The position numbers and the translations under genes were made by a program. The notes beneath the pieces are model-generated. The model saw only the letters and a list, made by a program, of their open reading frames with translations. It had not been told where the DNA came from and made no database searches. Shown here one piece after another: positions 1 to 6,865 of a stretch of DNA of 9,197 nucleotides. The DNA comes from an uncultured Opitutales bacterium. GTDB taxonomy: Bacteria; Verrucomicrobiota; Verrucomicrobiia; Opitutales; UBA9783. Numbering within the stretch: the first letter of the stretch is position 1; each line of letters opens with the position of its first letter. The stretch spans positions 11,902 to 21,098 of the forward strand of contig CAZDSI010000014.1 in assembly GCA_964508215.1 (NCBI GenBank), read 5' to 3'.

Positions 1-496
1 TACATTGAATCAATTTTCCACACTACATACGGGTAAAGCCACCCCTACAATTGTAGAAAATATCAATGTCGAGGTCTACGGTAGTATGATGAAATTAAAA
101 GAAATCGCTTCGATTTCTACTCCCGATGCTAGAACACTTAGTATCCATCCTTGGGATAAATCCAATCTTAAGGCCATCGAAAAAGCTATACAAATTGCTA
201 ACATAGGCCTTAATGGTGCGATATTTGGTGATTCGGTTCGTTGCCCTGTACCAGAATTGAGCCGTGAACGCCGAGAGGAACTTGTAAAAGTTGCACACGG
301 AATGGTTGAAGAAGGTCGTGTTAGCGTACGGAACCTTCGCCGTGAGACACTCGAAACGATCAAAAAAGTTCAAAAATCCTACTCCGAGGATGACGTAAAA
401 CATTGGGAGAAGGACGTTCAGAAATTAACGGATGAATTTATTGCCGATCTTACAAAACATGTAGAAGCTAAAGAAAAAGAGCTTTTGCAAGTATAA
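1..496 (+). CDS. frr: Ribosome recycling factor, 5'-partial (cut by window edge)
   Basis: The frame stays open to base 2, so the TTG 'start' at 5 in the ORF track is an edge artefact. About 20 N-terminal residues are missing relative to ~185-aa RRFs. The translation aligns by eye along its whole length with E. coli Frr: HTGKATP (E. coli RTGRASP), VEVYG, CPVPELSRERREELVK (VPLPPLTEERRKDLTK), VSVRNLRR (VAVRNVRR), SEDD, DVQKLTD (identical), C-terminal KEKELLQV (KEAELMQF). Stop TAA 494-496. Confidence 0.92.
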   Translation, partial: TLNQFSTLHTGKATPTIVENINVEVYGSMMKLKEIASISTPDARTLSIHPWDKSNLKAIEKAIQIANIGLNGAIFGDSVRCPVPELSRERREELVKVAHGMVEEGRVSVRNLRRETLETIKKVQKSYSEDDVKHWEKDVQKLTDEFIADLTKHVEAKEKELLQV

Positions 497-554
497 ATTT
501 TCTGAAATCAAAAGGATTATGCATTAAAGCAAGTTTATTGCTTTTATTCTTTGC

Positions 555-583
555 TTTACAAATGTCAAAATGTGGCCTCGAAT
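555..583 (+). promoter_or_regulatory. Candidate sigma70-type promoter for the ftsZ homologue
   Basis: TTTACA (555-560), 17-nt spacer, TCGAAT (578-583). The -10 ends 8 nt before ATG 592, and no Shine-Dalgarno lies between them. Hexamer matches are only moderate in AT-rich DNA. Confidence 0.25.
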
Positions 584-591
584 AAACTCCC

Positions 592-1731
592 ATGCCGGCA
601 ATTGAAGAAAAGCTCCTTATGCCGCCAAAAATAAAAATCGTGGGTATTGGCGGTGGTGGTTGTAAGTTAGCGCAAGCATTTTATAAACATAACGAAACAA
701 CACCTCTAAACCTGCAATATTGTGTAGTCGATACCAATATTCAATCTTTGGAGGATTGTGCACGTAGTTCTAATGGAAAAATTGAAACACTTTGTCTAGG
801 TCAAAAATACTTTAGAGGATTCAATAGCGGCGGAGATCTTAGCAAGATACAAGAAATTGCAAGCGACAGCACTACCGCTATTAGCAGCATTTTTCAGCAA
901 AGCGACCTCATTATTCTCTTAACAACCTTAGGTGGTGGCGTTGGCAATGGTTTAACATCGGTTATGGCCAAAGCCGCAATGGCTCAAGGAGCTTATGTTA
1001 TGGTTGTTGCATTATTACCGTTTGAATTTGAGGGATTAAATCGCTCCACACAGGCCACACAAGTTATTAAGCAACTAAACGTTGTCGCGGATCTTGTTTT
1101 CACCATTCCAAATAATTTACTGTTCCAGGTATTACCTCCAAGCGCAACGGTTAACGAAGCTTTCCAGCAAAGCAACTTATGGGTTTGTGAACTATTGGAA
1201 TTTATTTTAAATCCAATTTATTCCCAAACATTTGGTTTTAATTCATTTTTAAAACATTTTTCGGACAAACCGGACATCGTTTTCTTTGCATGGGGCACAA
1301 GTGAACAACAAAATTCCTGTTCCGAAGCCTTAGAAGGACTTTGGCTATCGCCATTTTGGAAAATACTTGAAAGCCCGATGGCGATAAAAAATCTATTTAT
1401 CCATACTTTCGCTGAGCAGGATATTCCATTGCAAGAACTTAAGGATGCTTATTATAAATTACAAAATCGTTTTGAAAACAAACAACTAAACGTTTTTACG
1501 GCGCACCAAAGCGCATCGAAACAATTTGAAAAATTAAAAATATTCATCTTGGCAACTGGACATTCATACAATTTGCAAACCTATCGTCATCGGCAAAAAA
1601 ATACAAAAAATTCAAACGCCCAGACAAAGGCATCTAAAGAACAAACACATTTCGCTTTTAGTCCAACCGAAGACGATGATTATTTTGACACACCGACCTA
1701 CTTAAGAAAAGGTATTAAAATTGATGGGTAA
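592..1731 (+). CDS. ftsZ: Divergent FtsZ (tubulin/FtsZ-family cell-division GTPase homologue)
   Basis: The 379-aa ORF aligns by eye end to end with E. coli FtsZ. Matches: KIKIVGIGGGGCKLA (VIKVIGVGGGGGNAV, T1 loop), VVDTNIQSL (AVNTDAQAL), LGGGVGNG at the tubulin-signature position (GGGTGTG), LLPFEFEGLNR (KPFNFEGKKR), TIPNNLL (TIPNDKL), LKIFILATG (LRVTVVATG), and C-terminal DYFDTPTYLRKG (DYLDIPAFLRKQ, the FtsA/ZipA-binding peptide). ATG 592 is preferred because it gives an N-terminal length similar to E. coli. ATG 619 is an alternative start. Confidence 0.85.
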   Translation: MPAIEEKLLMPPKIKIVGIGGGGCKLAQAFYKHNETTPLNLQYCVVDTNIQSLEDCARSSNGKIETLCLGQKYFRGFNSGGDLSKIQEIASDSTTAISSIFQQSDLIILLTTLGGGVGNGLTSVMAKAAMAQGAYVMVVALLPFEFEGLNRSTQATQVIKQLNVVADLVFTIPNNLLFQVLPPSATVNEAFQQSNLWVCELLEFILNPIYSQTFGFNSFLKHFSDKPDIVFFAWGTSEQQNSCSEALEGLWLSPFWKILESPMAIKNLFIHTFAEQDIPLQELKDAYYKLQNRFENKQLNVFTAHQSASKQFEKLKIFILATGHSYNLQTYRHRQKNTKNSNAQTKASKEQTHFAFSPTEDDDYFDTPTYLRKGIKIDG

Positions 1732-1787
1732 GCGTTCTCATTTTAGAAACTACAATTTTTAATCTATTAGTTACGGAGCAAAGAGGG

Positions 1788-1820
1788 CCACGGGCGCTAC
1801 CCGTGGGTATCTATTTCTTG
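1788..1820 (+). terminator. Candidate terminator downstream of ftsZ
   Basis: GC-rich 7-bp stem CCACGGG (1788-1794) / CCCGTGG (1800-1806) with loop CGCTA, 57 nt after the ftsZ stop. The tail GTATCTATTTCTTG is only moderately T-rich and has no clean U-tract. Confidence 0.35.
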
Positions 1821-1971
1821 ATATCAAACGACGGTAAAATTGAAACAAATAAAAGACATAGGTTAACGACAAAACTTCGCTAAACTTTCAATCCATAGAG
1901 CCCTTACGTGTTATTCCAAATCGCCACCTAAAATATTTGATTCCACCGGAAAAAATATTTAGCCTGAAATT

Positions 1972-1980
1972 AAGGAAGGA
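1972..1980 (+). promoter_or_regulatory. Shine-Dalgarno sequence of the 123-aa gene
   Basis: AAGGAAGGA ends 3 nt before ATG 1984. It is the only strong SD in the window. Confidence 0.65.
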
Positions 1981-1983
1981 CTT

Positions 1984-2355
1984 ATGAAAAAGTTAATTAG
2001 TCTTATTGGATATACGTTAGCCTGCAATCTCGCGCTACTTAGAGCCGATGGAAACGAAAGCTTCAAGGCACAAAAGGAACATTTACAGCAAGATCGGGCC
2101 AAATTACACGAAAAATTGAAGGAACGCGAACAGCTCAGTAGTGAAATTAAAACCCTTCGAAAGGAAATGCATAGCGAAAGAGAAGCTTTAAAAAATGAGC
2201 GTAAAGAATGGATAAAAAAGCATCGCGAAGAAAAAGAAGCTGAAAGAGAAAAACGTAAAGAAGAACGCGAACAAATTAGGAAAAATTTTCACGAAGGCGA
2301 AAAGGCATCTAACGCAACTTCCTCCAATACAACAAGTTCTAAAAGCGAAAAATAA
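1984..2355 (+). CDS. Secreted, highly charged (K/E/R-rich) helical protein of unknown function
   Basis: A strong SD and a strong terminator bracket the ORF. The N-terminus MKKLISLIGYTLACNLALLRA|DG looks like a Sec signal peptide (basic n-region, ~15 hydrophobic residues, A at -1). The mature ~100 aa are dominated by K/E/R heptad or ER/K-like sequence (REEKEAEREKRKEEREQIRK) and end in an S/T/N-rich tail (ASNATSSNTTSSKSEK). I recognise no family. Confidence 0.7.
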   Translation: MKKLISLIGYTLACNLALLRADGNESFKAQKEHLQQDRAKLHEKLKEREQLSSEIKTLRKEMHSEREALKNERKEWIKKHREEKEAEREKRKEEREQIRKNFHEGEKASNATSSNTTSSKSEK

Positions 2356-2376
2356 CTCCTAACCCAAAATAAATTT

Positions 2377-2416
2377 AAATATAGCTCATCGATTTTATCG
2401 ATGAGCTATATTTTTG
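2377..2416 (+). terminator. Rho-independent terminator of the 123-aa gene
   Basis: Perfect inverted repeat ATAGCTCATCGAT (2381-2393) / ATCGATGAGCTAT (2397-2409). It extends by 4 A:T pairs (2377-2380 with 2410-2413) and runs into ATTTTTG. It starts 22 nt after the stop codon. Confidence 0.85.
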
Positions 2417-2716
2417 TATAAAGTCCTGGTATTTTAGCCTAAGAAAAGAGATTTTTCTTCTCGGTTAAGCATGATTTTAAGAAATTACACTTTAGTAACC
2501 TGTTGGTATTAAACTTATTTTAAGTTTTGAATCTCAGATTTGCAAAAGTCTAGAAAATTGAATCCATCTCCGTCTCAACAGACAGGTTATCAAGCATAAA
2601 TTTATTGTTCTATAAGGCACATTTTACAAGATTCTAGCCACAGCATTTCGCGAAAAAAATAAGATAATTTATTGACACAACAACAATAACAAAATAGCAA
2701 GACATACAATTTTTAT

Positions 2717-4042
2717 ATGAAAATAAAAAATCTTTTCACCATAACCACTTGTTTAGTCGGAAGCTTTTCGACTATTTTACGGGCTTTGCCACCGGCTACT
2801 TTATCCCAAGATGCCCACTTAAAGTTTTCTGAAAAAGCAGGAACAAATATTCAAACACTTAGTGGTCTGTTTGTGTTTGCCAAAGATACCCCCCTTAGAA
2901 ATAACGATATAACCACTGCATTTACAGAGCTTGGCTATCAAATCACAACCCAAGATTTCATAGAAGCCATGTCTCCTATTTTTGATGAAGAGTCAGCGGC
3001 AGCCCCAAACCGCAAGACAAACGATTTGCTTTTTAAAAGTAAACCGTTTGGATTGTTTTCAGTACCCGCATGCACTCCTATGCTTCTTCCACAAGATGCA
3101 AAAACATGGTATACAGAAGTGCTAAAAATGCTTATCCTTAAAATACAACTTAATTTGAGTCTGCGCGGAGAAAATCAAGGATTGCAAACTCAGTTAGCAA
3201 TATACAAAAACTATCTGGGTCTGGCCTATTATTTTACCGGTGAAAAAGAAAAAGCATGCCAACAATGGGTAGAGTCTGTTTTAGAGGGTACCGCAATCGC
3301 AAGCGATAGTTTGGCTGTTTTTATATACGGTAAAGGAAGCCACACTCGATCTAATACTAAAGCACAAGCTTTAATATTTCATGCTTTAACGCTAAAATTA
3401 GGTGGAGTTAGGTTTTTCGAAAATTCAACCAAAGGTATTCTCTACTGCCTTGATGTAGATGTAAAACAAAATTTACAAGGTACTCTTTCGACAATACAAG
3501 ATAAGATACAAGGTGGAAACGTGTTAGGTGCAATTCTATCCTATTATACGGACACCTACGGAGAAAGACTGCTTGAGGCGGCCTCAAAAGAGCAATATTT
3601 CCAACAAATGGTTGTCGACTTGAATACTCTTGAATTCCGAGTCGCCAATTTCCTAGAAAAGTGGCAAGGAATAATGCGGCATCTTGATGAGACCTCGGGC
3701 GATCATTCAGAAACCACATCGCTTTCAAGTGGACACCAATCACTCATAAGTTACGGTTCAGGACTTTTGCCAAGAGAATCTCTTTTGCAAGAACCCTCTT
3801 TGGAGCCCGTAAAGCCTTTAGTAATTCATGATTTCAGCTCTCTACCACCACTTCACCAAAGAACAACGTTTACGGTACCACAAAAAAGCGGTTCAATTAA
3901 CCCGGTGGTAGGTGAGCATAACCAGCAAGAAGTGCACATAGATGTGCCCGAAGAAGCAACATTGAAGACGCCGCTTTTACCTCAACAGAAAGAGGAAAAA
4001 CGCAGCGGTTTTTTCAGTTGTTGCGGTTGTTGTGTTCAGTAA
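2717..4042 (+). CDS. Orphan 441-aa protein: N-terminal hydrophobic leader, ~300-aa folded region, ~115-aa disordered tail, C-terminal Cys cluster/CaaX-like box
   Basis: A long uninterrupted ORF in AT-rich DNA with its own terminator-like hairpin. The leader is MKIKNLFTITTCLVGSFSTILRA|LPP. One TPR-like stretch is present (YKNYLGLAYYFTGEKEKACQQW). Residues ~324-430 are S/P/Q/E/T-rich low complexity. The C-terminus is KEEKRSGFFSCCGCCVQ-stop. No SD precedes ATG 2717. I recognise no family. Confidence 0.75.
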   Translation: MKIKNLFTITTCLVGSFSTILRALPPATLSQDAHLKFSEKAGTNIQTLSGLFVFAKDTPLRNNDITTAFTELGYQITTQDFIEAMSPIFDEESAAAPNRKTNDLLFKSKPFGLFSVPACTPMLLPQDAKTWYTEVLKMLILKIQLNLSLRGENQGLQTQLAIYKNYLGLAYYFTGEKEKACQQWVESVLEGTAIASDSLAVFIYGKGSHTRSNTKAQALIFHALTLKLGGVRFFENSTKGILYCLDVDVKQNLQGTLSTIQDKIQGGNVLGAILSYYTDTYGERLLEAASKEQYFQQMVVDLNTLEFRVANFLEKWQGIMRHLDETSGDHSETTSLSSGHQSLISYGSGLLPRESLLQEPSLEPVKPLVIHDFSSLPPLHQRTTFTVPQKSGSINPVVGEHNQQEVHIDVPEEATLKTPLLPQQKEEKRSGFFSCCGCCVQ

Positions 4043-4065
4043 ATTCTAAAAAACAATAATGATAA

Positions 4066-4103
4066 TAGGCCAACGACACTTACGCGTTGGCCTAATTAGT
4101 TTA
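4066..4103 (+). terminator. Candidate terminator of the 441-aa gene
   Basis: 10-bp GC-rich stem TAGGCCAACG (4066-4075) / CGTTGGCCTA (4085-4094) with a 9-nt loop, 24 nt after the stop. The tail ATTAGTTTAT is a weak U-tract. Confidence 0.5.
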
Positions 4104-4277
4104 TAATTCCCCCAAAAACTTTTCGCTCTACCCAAAGTTTCATCCGAATGCCATTAATACCCACTACCTTTCCCTTTCATCTATATACGTGAAATACGCT
4201 CTTTTTAAATTCTAAATAAACCTGTTTTTTTGGTTGAAAGAATCAAAAATAACGATTTGTTTAAGAATACCTTATAA

Positions 4278-4363
<86 letters not shown>

Positions 4364-4370
4364 AGGCCTT

Positions 4371-5159
4371 ATGGATATGTGTTCCTCTGAAAAGGCCCAA
4401 GCGGCTATCGAGCTAATAAGACTTACCGACTATTGCGATTCCCTACTTCAAATCAATTGCATAAAAGATTTTCCAAACGCACTTAACGGCTTGCAAATTG
4501 CAAATACGGGAAGGGTTACAAAAATCGGTTCTGCCGTTGACGCCAACCGATTAGCAATTCAAGCAGCCATCGAGGCAAATATTGATTTTTTAATTGTACA
4601 TCACGGTTTATTTTGGAGTGGACCCCAACAACTAACGAACGAACGTTACCTTTTATACAGAGAAATTTTTGAAAACAATTTGGCTATATACAGTGCTCAT
4701 TTGCCACTAGATGCTCACAACGTTATTGGAAATAACGCGCTTATCGCTAATGCATTAGATATTCAAATAATTGACACATTTGCCGAATTTGAAGGTACCC
4801 CTATTGGCAAAATAGCGAAATGGGAAACAACGCGTTCTCAATTGTGGCATCGGGTTAAGGCATTATTTCCACACGCTAAGGCTATGGAATTTGGCTCTCC
4901 TACGCCTTCAAAGATTGGCATTCTTTCGGGTAGTGGAGGAAATATTGTTATAGAAGCTCTGAAAAAAGCTAATTTAGACACGCTTATTACCGGGGAAGTT
5001 CGTTATTCGATGTACACGTTGGCACAAGAAGAAAAATTAAACGTATACGTATGTGGTCATTATGCCACCGAAGTTTTTGGAGCTCGTACTATGGGTGAAA
5101 TGGTGGCCAACAATTTCGGTTTGCCTCAAACATTTATTAATGCACCTTTCGATTTGTAA
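4371..5159 (+). CDS. ybgI: NIF3/YbgI-family dinuclear-metal-centre protein (DUF34; 'GTP cyclohydrolase 1 type 2 homologue')
   Basis: The 262-aa ORF aligns by eye with E. coli YbgI: PNALNGLQI (APNGLQV), [13 protein letters not shown] (DAVIVHHGYFWKG), [23 protein letters not shown] ([23 protein letters not shown]), LITGEV (FITGEV), CGHYATE (AGHHATE). The start is ATG 4371 or ATG 4377. AAGG at 4364-4367 is a possible weak SD. The frame has a stop at 4311-4313, so the gene cannot extend further upstream. Confidence 0.9.
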   Translation: MDMCSSEKAQAAIELIRLTDYCDSLLQINCIKDFPNALNGLQIANTGRVTKIGSAVDANRLAIQAAIEANIDFLIVHHGLFWSGPQQLTNERYLLYREIFENNLAIYSAHLPLDAHNVIGNNALIANALDIQIIDTFAEFEGTPIGKIAKWETTRSQLWHRVKALFPHAKAMEFGSPTPSKIGILSGSGGNIVIEALKKANLDTLITGEVRYSMYTLAQEEKLNVYVCGHYATEVFGARTMGEMVANNFGLPQTFINAPFDL

Positions 5160-5396
5160 ATAGCCTTTTTCAAATCGAAAAGGACACGGTTAGTTTTATA
5201 AGCCGATATTCTATATTTTCAAACACTAAAGTATCTTTCGGAAATGGTACAAAAGTGATTATCTACCCTAAGGCTCACAAAGTTAAATCGGATAAGTTTC
5301 AAAATATTTAAAAGTGAACCACCAACGGTTTTTTTCTTTTTTTTTTATTTTGATTCATACCCTGCCTTCACTTGACAAAACTTCTAAAAAATTCGG

Positions 5397-5424
5397 AAAA
5401 AAGAGGACCTCGAGTCATTCTCTT
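5397..5424 (-). terminator. Candidate terminator of the ankyrin-repeat gene
   Basis: It lies 34 nt downstream of the minus-strand stop (5458-5460). The stem is AAGAG+GAC (5401-5408) / GTC (5414-5416) ... CTCTT (5420-5424), with a 3-nt bulge and 5-nt loop. On the minus strand it is followed by TTTTCCGAATTTTTT. Confidence 0.45.
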
Positions 5425-5457
5425 AGCCCTATATTAACAAGTTTTTAAATGCCTTTC

Positions 5458-6651
5458 TCACAAGAAAAGACCCAATGCAAACAAGTACCTTGTTAATTTC
5501 TCGTCGTTCGAATGAAGCGTGTCGAATAAGTTCAATATTTCAATTTCTCCCACAGTCCCCTCAAGAAAAATACGGTTCTTGGATAAAAATAGGAGATATT
5601 CTTTGAAGGAACTTTTATATTTGGCGGCATTTTCAGCAAATAGTTTTCTTTCCTCCGCGGAAAGTGATCCTTGGCGAAAAAGAGCCTCGAGTTTAGTAAA
5701 AAGCTTGATGGAATCTGTTGCCTTTGTTACAGCCCAAACAACCTTTTCTTTAAGGCCGGGAATAGTGTGAAATAGATATTGTTGCACATATTTTTTATAG
5801 TGCAGGCTATCCCTATAAGTTTTTAAGTCTTTTAGCGCTTCACTTCTTGCAAAAAAACGACTTGTTTCGGCATTTGGGATCCAAGAAAAGGTAAACAATT
5901 CCTCTGCCAACATGAAAGACTTTGCTTCGGCTGTTATAACGGCATCCGCATATGCTTGAGGGGTCATAAACGAATGAATCTCTGTTGTTACATTCATATC
6001 CTCATTGAGCATATTGGCTAACTCAAAACAAAAACCCATTCTTATTCTTTCACGGAATTCGGCCGCACCAAAGCCAGGACATTGCTCATGAAATGGATCA
6101 ATAAATATTTCCGTCGATGTGCAAGAAGCACTAGAATCAATGCTATCAGTAAAAATTAACTGTTTTAACCCCAAGCTTCTGGCCTTATTAACGGCCCTAC
6201 GTAACCGCGCATTATTTGCAATATCTTCTCGAATCCATTGAGTGATGGCTTCAGGTGTAATTGTTTCGGGCGAAAATTTACACAAATTTTTAAAATTAAA
6301 AATAATTTCAATACCCTTACCTTCTAATAAATTGGCAATCTCAAAGAAACCATTTGAAAAGGCAAAATCAAATGGAGTTTGTCCCTTTTGGTCTCTAAGA
6401 AAAGGTTTCGCACCCTGAGCTACCAAGAACCTTACCGCATCTTCCTGACCAAACATTGCTGCAAAATGAAGTGCGCTTTGTCCAAATGCGCTGACCTGAT
6501 GAATGAACTCACTATTGCTTTGGTAAAGTTTTGCTAATTCAGCAATATTGCCTTCCATAGCATATTCACGAAACAAACGCGCTTCGTCAGCACGCATAAA
6601 ATTCCCTATAGATGATATTATAGTTACGAGTAATAACGCCTTAGTTTTCAT
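5458..6651 (-). CDS. Secreted ankyrin-repeat protein with an uncharacterised ~280-aa C-terminal domain
   Basis: 397-aa ORF. The leader is MKTKALLLVTIISSIGNFMRA|DEA. Residues ~30-113 (nt ~6313-6564) hold a capping repeat plus two clear ANK repeats: GQSALHFAAMFGQEDAVRFLVAQGAKPFLRDQKGQTPFDFAFSNGFFEIANLLEGKG, matching the consensus G-TPLH-AA--G---V--LL--GA. I do not recognise the remainder. Confidence 0.85.
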   Translation of the reverse strand: MKTKALLLVTIISSIGNFMRADEARLFREYAMEGNIAELAKLYQSNSEFIHQVSAFGQSALHFAAMFGQEDAVRFLVAQGAKPFLRDQKGQTPFDFAFSNGFFEIANLLEGKGIEIIFNFKNLCKFSPETITPEAITQWIREDIANNARLRRAVNKARSLGLKQLIFTDSIDSSASCTSTEIFIDPFHEQCPGFGAAEFRERIRMGFCFELANMLNEDMNVTTEIHSFMTPQAYADAVITAEAKSFMLAEELFTFSWIPNAETSRFFARSEALKDLKTYRDSLHYKKYVQQYLFHTIPGLKEKVVWAVTKATDSIKLFTKLEALFRQGSLSAEERKLFAENAAKYKSSFKEYLLFLSKNRIFLEGTVGEIEILNLFDTLHSNDEKLTRYLFALGLFL

Positions 6652-6810
6652 ATATAAAACAAAGCGAGAAAAGGCAGACCTTTAAAAAAAGTCAAGGTTT
6701 TTATAATTTCCCGAAAAAGATTTTTTTAGTTGTTTATTGAAAGACGTTAAGGTGTGGAATTGTCAGAAGAAGGGGAAGAGTACTCCAAAGATTAAAACTT
6801 TACCAACAAT

Positions 6811-6842
6811 ACAAAAAAAAGGAAGAGGGTTGCTCTTCCTTT
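6811..6842 (-). terminator. Rho-independent terminator of fbaB (bidirectional-looking)
   Basis: 10-bp stem AAAGGAAGAG (6818-6827) / CTCTTCCTTT (6833-6842) with loop GGTTG, 24 nt after the minus-strand stop (6866-6868). The A8 run at 6813-6820 becomes the U-tract on the minus strand. T-rich sequence also follows on the plus strand. Confidence 0.7.
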
Positions 6843-6865
6843 GGAATTTTTTCAATTTTTTAATC

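Noticed and set aside
76-403. Two minus-strand ORFs (95 and 102 aa) inside frr
   Set aside because: They lie entirely antisense to a well-supported conserved gene. Their translations are low-complexity with no recognisable motifs, as expected for shadow ORFs.
525-552. Hairpin AAAGCAA / TTGCTTT after the frr stop, as a terminator
   Set aside because: The 7-bp stem is mostly A:T and has no clean U-tract, so it is too weak to call. frr and ftsZ may or may not be co-transcribed.
993-1175. 60-aa minus-strand ORF inside ftsZ
   Set aside because: A short antisense shadow ORF within a gene supported by homology.
2014-2025. Lipoprotein lipobox (YTLAC) in the 123-aa protein leader
   Set aside because: The residues at -4/-3 (Y, T) fit the lipobox consensus poorly. 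The hydrophobic region continues past the Cys to an A-x-A-like LRA site, so SPase I cleavage is more likely.
3408-3743. 111-aa minus-strand ORF inside the 441-aa gene
   Set aside because: It is antisense to a much longer ORF and has no start context, terminator or recognisable sequence features. The longer plus-strand frame has a leader, a terminator and a coherent domain layout.
5147-5180. Inverted repeat TTTCGATTTG / CAAATCGAAA spanning the NIF3 stop codon
   Set aside because: A 14-nt loop, an A:T-rich stem and no following U-tract make it an unconvincing terminator.
5317-5350. T7-C-T10 tract (5329-5346) preceded by AACC/GGTT, as a terminator or phase-variable homopolymer
   Set aside because: The only possible stem is 4 bp. 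The tract lies between convergent genes, far from any start codon or promoter, so slippage would have no obvious phase-variation target.
5519-5770. 83-aa plus-strand ORF
   Set aside because: A shadow ORF antisense to the ankyrin-repeat gene.
6702-6707. Perfect TATAAT on the plus strand upstream of the ankyrin gene region
   Set aside because: There is no acceptable -35 at 16-18 nt, and nothing lies downstream on the plus strand except antisense fbaB. It is probably chance in AT-rich DNA.
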